Source: an uncultured Alphaproteobacteria bacterium
GTDB taxonomy: Bacteria; Pseudomonadota; Alphaproteobacteria; RF32; CAG-239
Assembly (NCBI GenBank): GCA_944392155.1
Contig: CALXVR010000005.1
Location: 501 to 64,500 of the forward strand
DNA length: 64,000 nucleotides
Direction of reading: 5' to 3'
Shown here: piece by piece, positions 29,878 to 39,706 of the stretch
Layout: each line of letters opens with the position of its first letter
How positions within the stretch are numbered: position 1 is the stretch's first letter
Made by a program: the position numbers and the translations under genes
The notes under the pieces: generated by a model
Told to the model about the DNA's origin: nothing
The model's database searches: none
The model's input: only the letters and a program-made list of their open reading frames with translations

Positions 29878-30441
29878 ATGAAACAGTTAGCAGGATCAAT
29901 CAGAATTGGTTGGGTAATTGAATACAAAGGCAAACCCTGGACAGTGGTTAAAGCTATGCATATTAAACCGGGTAAAGGCGGTGCGTTTATGCAAGTTGAA
30001 CTGAAGTCCGTTGAAGAAGGTACTAAAACCAACGAACGTTTCAGAACTGAAGATAACGTAGAAAAATTGATGGTCGAAGAAAGAGATTGCCAATTCTTGT
30101 TTGAAGACAGCAACGGCTTAACCTTTATGGAAAGTGATACTTTTGATCAATTCACAATGCCTGCTGACATCTTAGGCGATTCTCGCCCGTTTATGACAGA
30201 AGGTATGGCCGTCCATGTAGACTTCATTGAAGGTCGTCCTATTTCTGTTGAACTTCCGTTGCAAGTAACATGCGAAGTTGTTGAAACAGAGCCTGTTGTT
30301 AAAGGTCAAACAGCAGCCTCTTCTTATAAGCCGGCTATTTTGGATAATGGTGTTCGTTGTATGGTTCCTCCGTTCATCAACACCGGTGACAAAATTGTTG
30401 TCGGCACCGCTGAAGCTAACTATGTAGAGAGAGCAAAATAA
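29878..30441 (+). CDS. efp: Elongation factor P
   Basis: HIKPGKGGAFMQVELK and KGQTAASSYKPA. Confidence 0.97.
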   Translation: MKQLAGSIRIGWVIEYKGKPWTVVKAMHIKPGKGGAFMQVELKSVEEGTKTNERFRTEDNVEKLMVEERDCQFLFEDSNGLTFMESDTFDQFTMPADILGDSRPFMTEGMAVHVDFIEGRPISVELPLQVTCEVVETEPVVKGQTAASSYKPAILDNGVRCMVPPFINTGDKIVVGTAEANYVERAK

Positions 30442-30442
30442 C

Positions 30443-31243
30443 ATGTCATATCTTTCACCTTTTATGACGCAGTTAATCTCCGCCGTGAAGAAAGCATCAG
30501 GTTCTTTGAACCGCGACTTCAGCGAGATAGAACAACTGCAATCCTCGGTCAAAGGGTATAAAGAATTTGTCGTTATGTCCTATGGTAAGGTTGAACGTGC
30601 GCTTCGAACCGAATTGGCAAAAATCAGACCGGATTATCCGATAGCGATAGACGGCTTGCCCAAACCCAAAGGGCCGTATTTTATTGTTTCCCCGATTGAT
30701 GGTTTAAGCAATTTTGCCCATGGTGTTGCGCATTTTGCCGTTTCAGTAGCCGTTTTTGAAAACGATACCATCACGGCGGCAGTGGTTTACAATCCGGCAT
30801 CAGATGAAATGTATTTTGCCGAGAAAGGCAAGGGTGCATATAAAGAAGGCTTCCGCAATCATGAAAGACTTCGCGTTTCTGCGCGCAAGGATGTGGCTGA
30901 TGCCCTCATTTCCACCTTGGTAAATTATAAAAAGACAGCCTCGGAATATCTGAAGTTGCATGAGAAAATTGTCAAGGCTGCAGACAATGTTCGTGTCTTG
31001 GGTGCAGTATCCTTGGATCTGGCCTATGTTGCCGCCGGTAAGTTGGACGGTACGGTAAGCCTGAGTAACAAATTCTCAGAAATAGCCGCCGGTCTGCTTT
31101 TGGTCAAAGAAGCAGGCGGATATATTTTGGACATAAATCAGAAGGATAACCGCACAGAACAGTTGAATCTTGTTTTAGAGAGCGGTAACCTGATAGCAAC
31201 CAACGCCGAACTTTCCAAAAAGGTATATGATTTGGTGCACTGA
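30443..31243 (+). CDS. suhB: Inositol monophosphatase/SuhB family protein, probably catalytically inactive
   Basis: LNRDFSEIEQLQSSVKG, SPIDGLSNFAHG, LDLAYVAAGKLDG, IAAGLLLVKEAGG; efp-suhB order. Confidence 0.85.
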   Translation: MSYLSPFMTQLISAVKKASGSLNRDFSEIEQLQSSVKGYKEFVVMSYGKVERALRTELAKIRPDYPIAIDGLPKPKGPYFIVSPIDGLSNFAHGVAHFAVSVAVFENDTITAAVVYNPASDEMYFAEKGKGAYKEGFRNHERLRVSARKDVADALISTLVNYKKTASEYLKLHEKIVKAADNVRVLGAVSLDLAYVAAGKLDGTVSLSNKFSEIAAGLLLVKEAGGYILDINQKDNRTEQLNLVLESGNLIATNAELSKKVYDLVH

Positions 31244-31269
31244 TTTAATTTTTATTATGGGGAAGAGCA

Positions 31270-32322
31270 ATGCGTAAAATTTTGGTTTTGGCAGCAAGTG
31301 TTCTGTTTTGTAGCACAATGGCAGGACAAGGACTTGCCGCAGATGATGTTTATGTTGACCTTTCGGTTTTGGATGAAATCGGTGGTAATAATTCATCTTC
31401 AGCCTACGGAAAACCGGATCCGCTTTTCCCCGTAATCAAAAATACGCCGCAGTTTCCGATAGTAAAAAAAGCTGAGCCCAAACCGACAAAAGTCAGCAAA
31501 AAAGCAGAAAAAAAGAAAACTGTCAAAAAAGCTAAACCTCAAAAGAAGATAGAAAAGAAAAAGGCTGAAAAGGTAGTCGTTCCCGAAAAGCCGAAAAAGA
31601 TAATACAAAAAACAGCTAAGCCGGAAGTCGCGACTGAGCAGAAAAATGCTCCGTTAACGGACAAAACGGCGGAGGAGGCTTTGGTAAAACAACCGCAAGC
31701 CTCAGTCGAAAGCAAGGCTGAAGTAAAACAACCTGAAGAGAAGGCAAAAACTCAGGCGGAAGTTCAACCTCAAACAACAACGCAAAAAGATATGCCGTTT
31801 AAGGTTGAAAAGACGACTCCGTCTGAAGCAGTAACACCGGCTCCGATTAAGGAAGTTATCGTTAAGTCAGAGGAAAAGCCAGATTTTTCTAACAAAGCAG
31901 TTGAAAAAGATGAGCAGACAGCCTCGGAACAAACTCAGCCTGCGGAAAAGAAAGCGGTTGTTGAGCCGTTAGTTCCGGTTTCGGACGTGGCTATGCCTAA
32001 GGCTGCCGAGAATATAGAACAAATAAAGAGAGAAATTATTTTTGCTGAAGGTTCATCAGAGTTAGATGAAGTCGCTAAAGAGAAGATTGATGCAATAATT
32101 TCATCTTTTGACAATGCAAAAGCCAATAAAATAGCAATAATGGCTTATAACTACGACAACGGTGAAGATGTTTTTCGTAAGAAAAGACAAAGCTTAAATC
32201 GTGCCATAGAAATTCGTTCATATCTTTTAGGCAAGGGATATAAGAATTTCAGCATTAAGGTTATCAATATTACAGATGACCCGGCTAAAGGAAATGTTGT
32301 AGAAATAGATGAGCTTAAATAA
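31270..32322 (+). CDS. Exported protein with a Lys/Pro/Glu-rich linker and C-terminal OmpA-like domain
   Basis: Signal peptide, low-complexity stalk, IIFAEGSSEL...SLNRAIEIRSYLLGKG. Confidence 0.7.
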   Translation: MRKILVLAASVLFCSTMAGQGLAADDVYVDLSVLDEIGGNNSSSAYGKPDPLFPVIKNTPQFPIVKKAEPKPTKVSKKAEKKKTVKKAKPQKKIEKKKAEKVVVPEKPKKIIQKTAKPEVATEQKNAPLTDKTAEEALVKQPQASVESKAEVKQPEEKAKTQAEVQPQTTTQKDMPFKVEKTTPSEAVTPAPIKEVIVKSEEKPDFSNKAVEKDEQTASEQTQPAEKKAVVEPLVPVSDVAMPKAAENIEQIKREIIFAEGSSELDEVAKEKIDAIISSFDNAKANKIAIMAYNYDNGEDVFRKKRQSLNRAIEIRSYLLGKGYKNFSIKVINITDDPAKGNVVEIDELK

Positions 32323-32424
32323 AAAATTTAAAAATATGTAAATTAATGCTTGCCTAATTTGTAACTCTAATGTATAAGAGCACTAAATTTATGTGTCATA
32401 AATTCAGTTTTTGGAGAAAATAAG

Positions 32425-32664
32425 ATGAAAAAAGGTATTCATCCTGATTATCACGAGATTACATATGTGATGACAGATGGTTCAGAATTCAAAACCAGAT
32501 CTACTTGGGGTAAAGCTGGCGATAAGATGACTTTGGAATTGGATCCGAAGTCTCATCCGGCATGGACAGGTATTCACCGCATGGTAGATAGTGGCGGTCA
32601 GGTTTCTAAATTCAACAGCAAATTTGCTGCTTTTGGTTTGAAGCCGGATACCTCTGTAAAATAA
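32425..32664 (+). CDS. rpmE: 50S ribosomal protein L31
   Basis: [31 protein letters not shown]. Confidence 0.97.
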   Translation: MKKGIHPDYHEITYVMTDGSEFKTRSTWGKAGDKMTLELDPKSHPAWTGIHRMVDSGGQVSKFNSKFAAFGLKPDTSVK

Positions 32665-32687
32665 TTTATAAAGGTTTAATCTTTATT

Positions 32688-32723
32688 AACCTGCATTTGA
32701 GTATAATCAATGCAGGTTTTTTT
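32688..32723 (+). terminator. Terminator after rpmE
   Basis: AACCTGCATT...AATGCAGGTT plus T-tract. Confidence 0.7.
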
Positions 32724-32743
32724 ATATCTTAACGGAAAGAACA

Positions 32744-34345
32744 ATGGTTAAAATATCGCATTACGAAATATATACGGATAGGGGTGACGGATGGAAGCTT
32801 GAAGACAGGTTTTCCAGCGATCAGCGATACGAAGCTATGCGTATAGCCAAAGAAAGAGAATCTGAAAAGGTTGCCGTTAAGTTGTTGAAAGAGGATTTTG
32901 ACGTACAAGACAACTCATATGTTGAAACGATTGAGTATGTGAGTTTAGCCGGAAAAAAAGATAAAACGGGATCAGATTATTCTCTTAAAGGAGGTCTGTC
33001 GACAACTCGGTCTGGAGAATACAATATCGAGACACAAGAACCGGCAGGACCGATAAATGGTCAAAATGTCGTAACTGCCATATTTAAGCTGGTAGCGATT
33101 ATTGTATTTTGCTTAATTTCAGCCAATATTTTGGTAACGCTGCTAATCCCCGTAATAGAAATAGCTGTGCCGGAAAAATTCCGACAAACAGTAATGTTTT
33201 TAAGCTTTTTTGTTTTGTTCCTGTTATTTGCGGTTCCTTTGGTTTTAAGAAAAGTTCCTTGGTATGTATTTTCTTCCCGCAAAGTTCGTCGCAAAAAAAT
33301 AATTCATGAAAAGAAATTTTTTGACAAAGCCGATGCCATTATCCAAATTTATAATTTAAATGATAACTATGAGCCCTCATTAGCGCCGGCATTTCCGGAG
33401 GCTCCGGCAGAGTTCAAACGGAGCATTGTTGATTATATGAGCCAGATAATCTCAAATTTAGATGGAGAGATAGACATCAGCGACGCATTCAACCGTTTGG
33501 GGGTAAAGCTCATTATTTATGGCGGCGTGTTAGAGTTGTCTCGTTACAACGGCTTAAGCATAACTCATGCCAATTCCATGCTGCACGAAGCCTTTAGTAT
33601 CTTGGATGGAAATATAGGAGATGTAGAAGCTTTTTATGAGGCTAAACGTACATACAAGGATAATAAAGTTGCCGTATTTTTAACCGGTGTCGGAGCATAC
33701 TTGATGGCGCAACTGCTGGCAGAACGCCCGCTTGATACTCATGTCTTAAAAAAGACATTTAAAAAATGGGAAGCGCTAAATAAATATGCTGCAGTCGGTG
33801 ATGAAAAAGCCACAAAAAAAGAAAAACAAAATCCCAAAAAAACAGATATTTTACTGAAGTGTATCGTTGGTATTGAAAATAGAGTACGCTTTTATGAAAA
33901 TGACCAACCGGGCGATAGAGAAGATTTTGCTCGCGTCAAATCAGAGGTGGAAAATATTATTGCAGACTTATCAGACAAATTTGGCGGTGAAGATATAAAA
34001 AATGATAACTATATCACTTCTATAGAATTTACAAAACTTAATTCGGCGATGGATTTTGTGAATGAATTTTTTAAGAGTGTTTCTCTTTATGAGGAAAAAT
34101 TAAACAATACAAATCTAATTGTCGCTGATAAATGCTGTGTATTATCCCTGACATCCGAACAAGAAGAAAAAATGGCATTATTCTTGCAAGATGTTCTTGA
34201 GCAGACTTTTGATGACGAAATAATCGTTAATGAAGAGGTCAAAAAGCAGCTTCAGGGTGAAAAATATGGCTTTGAGTTTTTGGGAGAAAAAATCTTGAAT
34301 AAGACTGGAGCTTCTGAGGCTTTGTATAAAATAACAGAGCAATAG
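32744..34345 (+). CDS. Membrane protein with a degenerate class III cyclase-like C-terminal domain
   Basis: Two TM helices; C-terminal IIADLSDKFGGEDIK...AMDF and FEFLGEKILNKTGASEALYKI. Confidence 0.5.
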   Translation: MVKISHYEIYTDRGDGWKLEDRFSSDQRYEAMRIAKERESEKVAVKLLKEDFDVQDNSYVETIEYVSLAGKKDKTGSDYSLKGGLSTTRSGEYNIETQEPAGPINGQNVVTAIFKLVAIIVFCLISANILVTLLIPVIEIAVPEKFRQTVMFLSFFVLFLLFAVPLVLRKVPWYVFSSRKVRRKKIIHEKKFFDKADAIIQIYNLNDNYEPSLAPAFPEAPAEFKRSIVDYMSQIISNLDGEIDISDAFNRLGVKLIIYGGVLELSRYNGLSITHANSMLHEAFSILDGNIGDVEAFYEAKRTYKDNKVAVFLTGVGAYLMAQLLAERPLDTHVLKKTFKKWEALNKYAAVGDEKATKKEKQNPKKTDILLKCIVGIENRVRFYENDQPGDREDFARVKSEVENIIADLSDKFGGEDIKNDNYITSIEFTKLNSAMDFVNEFFKSVSLYEEKLNNTNLIVADKCCVLSLTSEQEEKMALFLQDVLEQTFDDEIIVNEEVKKQLQGEKYGFEFLGEKILNKTGASEALYKITEQ

Positions 34346-34416
34346 TTCCATTTAAAATATTGTTATAATTGTTTTTTTATGATAATATATAAAATGGGCT
34401 AGTAAGGAGTAAAACC

Positions 34417-35250
34417 ATGGCGACAACCGTAAGTACGACAATACCGGCAGACAGCAGTAACTTAGGTTACTGGGAAAAAACCGTTACCGATATGAATAAT
34501 ATTGACGAGACCTTTGCCAACGCGCGTGATTTGGGTTACACCCGTTTGAATTATGCGCGCGTAAGCGTTGTCGGCAAATTATCCGAAAGCTATGATAGCG
34601 TCGATATGTACAAAATTCAGCTCCAGTCAAATGGTGTTGTATCTTTGTCTGTTAAAGGCGGCAATGCCGATAAAGATAAGGTTTTGGACCTTTCAAAATA
34701 TGAACAAAAGCTGGATGAGCTAAAACAAATAACGGATCCGGAAGGTTGGGCTAAAGAACAAGCCGAAAAACTGGAAGCAGAGGCCAACAAAGACTGGATG
34801 GCAGAACTTGCTCCCGGTTTGAAGGTTGAAGTATATACTCTGAAAAAGAATGGTCAGGAAGTCTTAATCGGAGACAGTTCGGCAGAAAAGGGAACAGAAA
34901 CCAGAGATAATATTGATGCCATGTTCCGGGGAGAGTATAAAGCTCAAAAAGATACGATGCTTTATATAAAAATCACCAGAGACGATACGGTAGGAAAAAA
35001 TGATGAACTAGCCTATGTTATGCAAATTCAGCAAGGTGAAAAATATGTTCACGACTACGTCTCAAAAGAAAGCCTGTCTGAGGATTCAACCAATAAAACA
35101 GAAACCAAGATTCCTCTGACCCAAACCAGCGCAAGCGGAAGCTTATCAAGTGTTAATGCTTTGCAAATACAAGCCAGCAAATATGAAGCGACAGCACAAA
35201 TGTTACAAGTCGGTTATTTGAATATGGCGAACATTTTAAGCAAGAAATAA
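34417..35250 (+). CDS. Hypothetical protein (277 aa)
   Basis: AGGAG RBS; no Sec signal; C-terminal amphipathic helix. Confidence 0.7.
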   Translation: MATTVSTTIPADSSNLGYWEKTVTDMNNIDETFANARDLGYTRLNYARVSVVGKLSESYDSVDMYKIQLQSNGVVSLSVKGGNADKDKVLDLSKYEQKLDELKQITDPEGWAKEQAEKLEAEANKDWMAELAPGLKVEVYTLKKNGQEVLIGDSSAEKGTETRDNIDAMFRGEYKAQKDTMLYIKITRDDTVGKNDELAYVMQIQQGEKYVHDYVSKESLSEDSTNKTETKIPLTQTSASGSLSSVNALQIQASKYEATAQMLQVGYLNMANILSKK

Positions 35251-35355
35251 TTTAATTTAGCAAAAAAAATCTTGTATAATCCTTAAACATTCTCTATTCT
35301 CAGACATAGAGAATGTTTTTTTATGTAAGAAATAAAGTAAGAAAGGATAATTAAT

Positions 35356-35973
35356 ATGACTGCGCCTTTGATGCCGAAAGCAACGGCAGTATGGTTGGTT
35401 GAAAATACAACATTAACATTTCGCCAGATTGCTGAATTTTGTGAACTTCATGAACTTGAAATTCAGGCTATTGCGGATGGTGATGTTGCCTTCAATATTT
35501 TGGGTGTTAGCCCAATAGAAACAGGACAGCTGACAATTGAAGAAATTAGGCGCTGTGAGGCTGATCGTAAAACATCGTTGCAAGCAAACGAGTTGGAACG
35601 CAACGTCAAAGCCAAAAACGCAAAAGCTAAAAAGATGCTGTCTCCGTCACAACGAAGCGATAAACCCTGCGCCGTTTTGTGGATTTTTAAGAATTGTCCG
35701 GAAATTATCGATTCGCAGATATGTAAATTGATTGGTACAACCAAGCCGACAATTGAGTCTATTCGTACCGGAGCTCATAAAGATATGGCCAATATCAGAG
35801 CAAAGAACCCTGTTGCAATAGGACTTTGTTCAGAAAAAGACCTCGATGCTGCAATCAGCATATCTAAGGCTCGCGCAATGAAAAAAGAAAAGCCGGCCAA
35901 AGAGAAAAAGAGCAAAGAGACAAAGGTAAAAAAAGAGAAAAAAGTCTCAACAAAGAAAGAAAAGAAAGCATAA
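35356..35973 (+). CDS. trcR: DUF1013 family RNAP-associated regulator TrcR
   Basis: PLMPKATAVWLVENTTLTFRQIAEFCELHELEI...LIGTTKPTIESIR. Confidence 0.9.
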   Translation: MTAPLMPKATAVWLVENTTLTFRQIAEFCELHELEIQAIADGDVAFNILGVSPIETGQLTIEEIRRCEADRKTSLQANELERNVKAKNAKAKKMLSPSQRSDKPCAVLWIFKNCPEIIDSQICKLIGTTKPTIESIRTGAHKDMANIRAKNPVAIGLCSEKDLDAAISISKARAMKKEKPAKEKKSKETKVKKEKKVSTKKEKKA

Positions 35974-36004
35974 AGAAAAGAGCCCGATAACGGGCTCTTT
36001 TCTT
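35973..36004. terminator. Bidirectional terminator
   Basis: AAGAAAAGAGCCCG-ataa-CGGGCTCTTTTCTT between convergent genes. Confidence 0.85.
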
Positions 36005-36512
36005 ATTTTTCATCAACGGGATGAAGTCCAAATCTCTCTGTAACCACAAGTCTCTCATTTGTGCTCATTTTCATTAGGTCAAAAGAGACTCTGGGATTCT
36101 CAGGGATTTTTCCCGTCTTGGCAATTTCTTTTAAGTCCGCAATATAATCATCATATTTTTGTTTATATTCAGGAATTTGTGCTAACTCATCTTTATCATA
36201 TTCCAAATAAGGACTTTGAGATACGGTCTGTTGAACAGAGTTCTGAGGAATCTCAGTCGAGATTTGTTCCGGAGATTTAATAGTTTTTATAACCTGAGAC
36301 GAAGTCTCTTCGGTCTTTTTTTGCTTTTTACGGTAGATGGTTGGATAGTAGTTAAACTCGGGAAGTTTTTCTGTATAATTCAAATCCTGTTCCGGGATAA
36401 AAAAATTCGGCTTTAGCTGTTTGCGGACATAACGCTCCGCTTGAGCAGCATCGGTATTAATGCCGAAAACAAAAAGTATACTTAAAACAGAAAAAAGAAC
36501 TAGTTTTTGCAT
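36003..36512 (-). CDS. Hypothetical exported protein
   Basis: Signal peptide MQKLVLFSVLSILFVFGINTDAAQA. Confidence 0.65.
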   Translation of the reverse strand: MQKLVLFSVLSILFVFGINTDAAQAERYVRKQLKPNFFIPEQDLNYTEKLPEFNYYPTIYRKKQKKTEETSSQVIKTIKSPEQISTEIPQNSVQQTVSQSPYLEYDKDELAQIPEYKQKYDDYIADLKEIAKTGKIPENPRVSFDLMKMSTNERLVVTERFGLHPVDEK

Positions 36513-36555
36513 AATCTCAACTCTATGTTAAGAAATCTCATATAGAGTATCTTAT

Positions 36556-37257
36556 ATGAAAAAACTTTTTTTTATATTAACTTTTTTTATCTTTTTATTC
36601 TGCTTTTTCCCAAACAATGGGTTTGCGGAAGAAGATGTCTGTTCATCTATAATATCCGAGCCTGAAATAGAATTTACGACATCGTACGGAAAATTGAAAT
36701 ATGACTATGGCTATAATCTGCAAGAACTAACAAATTTAGGAAGGAAGTATAATATTGTGGAGCAGGGGCTTTTTGCTTCTGGTTTGGCAACAGTCAGCGT
36801 TAATTGGGAAGTTTCATTAAATACCGTTAGTCGAATTGTGAATGATACAAATATATGTGTTGTTCCGGTCAGCTTAAATGTATTTATTGGCTATCAGGAT
36901 CCGACAATATATATTTCTAATCAGCTTCAGCCGGGAAGTTGTGAGTACAATGTGGTTGTCAGACACGAGCAAACACATCATCAGATAAACGCGGCGGCGT
37001 TAGAATATTTTATTCCGTCATTAAGACGTTCGGTTGAAAAAATGGCTAAAGATATAAAACCATATAAAATTGATTCGCCTTCAAAGATAGATGAAGCCAC
37101 GAATGAGCTAACCGAAACATATATTGCCAATATAGAACCTCTGATTAACCATTTCAAAAACGAGCTTATGCAGGAACAAAGCAAGCTGGACAATCAGATG
37201 AATTACGATATGGAAAGCAATCTTTGCCGCCGTTTTAATGCCGCACACCGGCAATAA
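36556..37257 (+). CDS. Exported protein with an HExxH zinc-peptidase motif (DUF922-like)
   Basis: Signal peptide; CEYNVVVRHEQTHHQIN. Confidence 0.6.
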   Translation: MKKLFFILTFFIFLFCFFPNNGFAEEDVCSSIISEPEIEFTTSYGKLKYDYGYNLQELTNLGRKYNIVEQGLFASGLATVSVNWEVSLNTVSRIVNDTNICVVPVSLNVFIGYQDPTIYISNQLQPGSCEYNVVVRHEQTHHQINAAALEYFIPSLRRSVEKMAKDIKPYKIDSPSKIDEATNELTETYIANIEPLINHFKNELMQEQSKLDNQMNYDMESNLCRRFNAAHRQ

Positions 37258-37258
37258 A

Positions 37259-37948
37259 CTATTGCGCAGAGGCTTTAGGTAAATATTCTTCCAAAAAACT
37301 GTTAATCCCTTTATATGCTTCGTCGATATAAGTTTTATCCTTTGCCGAATTTGCATTATAATAAATTCTGACGGTTGTCATTCCTAATTCTTTGGCAAAT
37401 TCAAGGTTTGAATAACTGTCATCAACAAAAACACAGTTTTTCGGATCAACGTTGATTTTTTTGCAAAGTTTAGCGTAGACATCGGAGCTTTCATTTTTCT
37501 TAACGGTTCCGAAATCTTCAACAGAGTAAAAACGTCCTTCAAAGAAGTCATACAAGCCAATATGTTTTAAGATTTTTTCACAAACATCTCTGGTGCTTGT
37601 TGAAAAAATATATTGCTGGTTCGGAAGAGCCTGAAGTTTTTCAAGCAGATTTTCATAAGGGACAATGGGTGAAATAGGCTTACGCTTATGGTATGCCTGA
37701 AACATGGCTTCAGGATCAATGCCATATTGTTTTACAAAGATTTCTCCGCCGTCACGATAAGTCATATAGGACTCTTTTACCTTGGCTTTAGCTTCAGCCA
37801 AATCAAGCGGAATTCCCAAATCTTTAACGGCAGCAATGGCAGTTGCTTCATCAAGCATATCAGCAAATTCTGGTGTAATTCGATATAATGTATTATCTAA
37901 ATCCCAAATGATAACTTTACCTGCAAGTGTCACTTTTACTATCTCCAT
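37259..37948 (-). CDS. HAD-family hydrolase (pyrimidine 5'-nucleotidase-like)
   Basis: WDLDNTLY, KK, FVDDSYSNL; start taken at MEIVKV. Confidence 0.88.
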   Translation of the reverse strand: MEIVKVTLAGKVIIWDLDNTLYRITPEFADMLDEATAIAAVKDLGIPLDLAEAKAKVKESYMTYRDGGEIFVKQYGIDPEAMFQAYHKRKPISPIVPYENLLEKLQALPNQQYIFSTSTRDVCEKILKHIGLYDFFEGRFYSVEDFGTVKKNESSDVYAKLCKKINVDPKNCVFVDDSYSNLEFAKELGMTTVRIYYNANSAKDKTYIDEAYKGINSFLEEYLPKASAQ

Positions 37949-38109
37949 AAAATTCTTTATCAAACCTAACAATAGTAACACATAAGAGGTAATCGTCAAC
38001 AGCAAATTTAAGTATAAGAAAGTTTGTCCTTTCCCTTGAATAAGGATGTTTATGTCATATATCAAATTCTGTAAAACTGAAAATTAAAACTAAGACAAAG
38101 GGGAAAACA

Positions 38110-38433
38110 ATGAAAAAACTATTAGCTGTTTTAAGTGTTTCAATTTTTGCTCTGACGGCTTGCAACAGTCATCATGCAAATGCACAATCACAAATGTCCG
38201 GAGCTGCGTCAAATGGCAACTCAGCGGATATGGTTGTTGTTGAAGAAGCTTATGAAGCGGTAGTAGCAGCGCCGACCAACACACAGCCGGCAGCGTCTCA
38301 GAATAATAATGCCGCTTCCAATAACGCTGCTAATACAACATCAGAAGATGCCCCATCAATGGTGACGGAAAGTGTGTCTGAAAGTGTCACACCAAACAGC
38401 GTGTCATATGAAGTTGATGAAATGGCTGATTAA
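38110..38433 (+). CDS. Small low-complexity lipoprotein
   Basis: Lipobox ALTAC; Ala/Asn/Ser-rich. Confidence 0.75.
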   Translation: MKKLLAVLSVSIFALTACNSHHANAQSQMSGAASNGNSADMVVVEEAYEAVVAAPTNTQPAASQNNNAASNNAANTTSEDAPSMVTESVSESVTPNSVSYEVDEMAD

Positions 38434-38440
38434 ACACAAA

Positions 38441-38468
38441 AAAAAGCCCCATGAAAATGGGGCTTTTT
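38441..38468. terminator. Bidirectional terminator
   Basis: AAAAAGCCCCAT-gaaa-ATGGGGCTTTTT. Confidence 0.85.
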
Positions 38469-38469
38469 A

Positions 38470-38991
38470 CTAGAAGTTTTCCATTGCGTAAACGTCCTTA
38501 ACAACCCAGCCGCCGCTTTTGTTGCTTAAAACGTAAATAATATTTCCTTCACATAACCCGAACCACATACCATTGCAGGTACTTTCCGTATAAACTTCAA
38601 TCATATGGGTATCAATTGGTTTTATTTTTGTAATTTTAAAGCTCATCTCGGTCGGACGCTGCAAGCTTTCGTCATCCATAAAAACAAACTTCGGCAATTT
38701 ATCTTTAGCGCATTCGCTGTCTTTAAAATTAAGAGTGCATTTCATGTAAAGGTCAATAGCGCATGCAACCTCGCTTCCTTTATTGCAACCTTTTTGAGTC
38801 TCGCCGAGCTTATATCTATAAGTTGTTTCCTCAAATTCTATGTCAAAATTCGGTTGAACAACAATTTGCTCACCTTCTTCCAAGGCAGCTTCCAAGGGAA
38901 CATTTTCGGTGTTTTGAGATTGTTCCTCTTTTTTGTCTGAACATCCGGAAACAAAAGCAACCAATAAAAGCATCATCCATAATTTTTTCAT
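38470..38991 (-). CDS. Cys-rich lipoprotein
   Basis: Lipobox FVSGC; six further Cys in the mature part. Confidence 0.75.
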   Translation of the reverse strand: MKKLWMMLLLVAFVSGCSDKKEEQSQNTENVPLEAALEEGEQIVVQPNFDIEFEETTYRYKLGETQKGCNKGSEVACAIDLYMKCTLNFKDSECAKDKLPKFVFMDDESLQRPTEMSFKITKIKPIDTHMIEVYTESTCNGMWFGLCEGNIIYVLSNKSGGWVVKDVYAMENF

Positions 38992-39006
38992 ATCTCTATC
39001 CCCGAT

Positions 39007-39558
39007 TTAGAATGTATAACGAACACCTGCGGAATATTCCATCATATGGTCAAAATCCTCAATTTGGTTAAGATTAACATATCTGGCAATCATACGTAGG
39101 CTCCAATTTTGGTCAACATTAACCAAAGCACCGACACCGGCTCTCCATCCGATACCGTGGTCGCGTTGTTTTTTTGCAAAAGAAGCATCTTTAACAAAAG
39201 TATATTCACCGACACCGGCAGTCCCAAGCAGGCTGAATGTTTCTCCGCATCCCAAAGGCAAATACCCATATAAGTCTAAACCATAAGCCTGAAAAGAAGA
39301 CTTGCTTTTCTCCAGTCCGGACCGTGTTTTATGGCTGTCAGAGATTTGATAAAACATTTCGGTTCCGAAAAGTCGGTTATACATGGTACCGACATTAACG
39401 GAAGCTGAATTATAATGAGGCCGAACAAACTTGGCGTTGGCATCCGCGTAAGAATAATCTAAGCCGACATAGGGCAAATATTCTCCATCTCTGGCGGCAT
39501 ATGCGGAAGAGGTAGCCAAAAGAGATGCGGCAAGGGCAACAGAAAAAAACTTCTTCAT
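39007..39558 (-). CDS. Eight-stranded outer-membrane beta-barrel protein
   Basis: Signal peptide, alternating beta pattern, terminal YSAGVRYTF. Confidence 0.85.
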   Translation of the reverse strand: MKKFFSVALAASLLATSSAYAARDGEYLPYVGLDYSYADANAKFVRPHYNSASVNVGTMYNRLFGTEMFYQISDSHKTRSGLEKSKSSFQAYGLDLYGYLPLGCGETFSLLGTAGVGEYTFVKDASFAKKQRDHGIGWRAGVGALVNVDQNWSLRMIARYVNLNQIEDFDHMMEYSAGVRYTF

Positions 39559-39706
39559 GACAAAAATTCCTAACATAGTTTCTAAACTACATCTAATATA
39601 ACGAAGATTTAAGAAAAATAAAGTAATTTAAAACAGTTGTTTATGATAAAAATGTTGAGCATAAGAGAGATTGGTGCTATAACTAAAAAGATATAAGGAG
39701 GCGCGG

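Noticed and set aside
32425-32664. L31 without zinc-binding cysteines
   Set aside because: Normal for alphaproteobacterial L31
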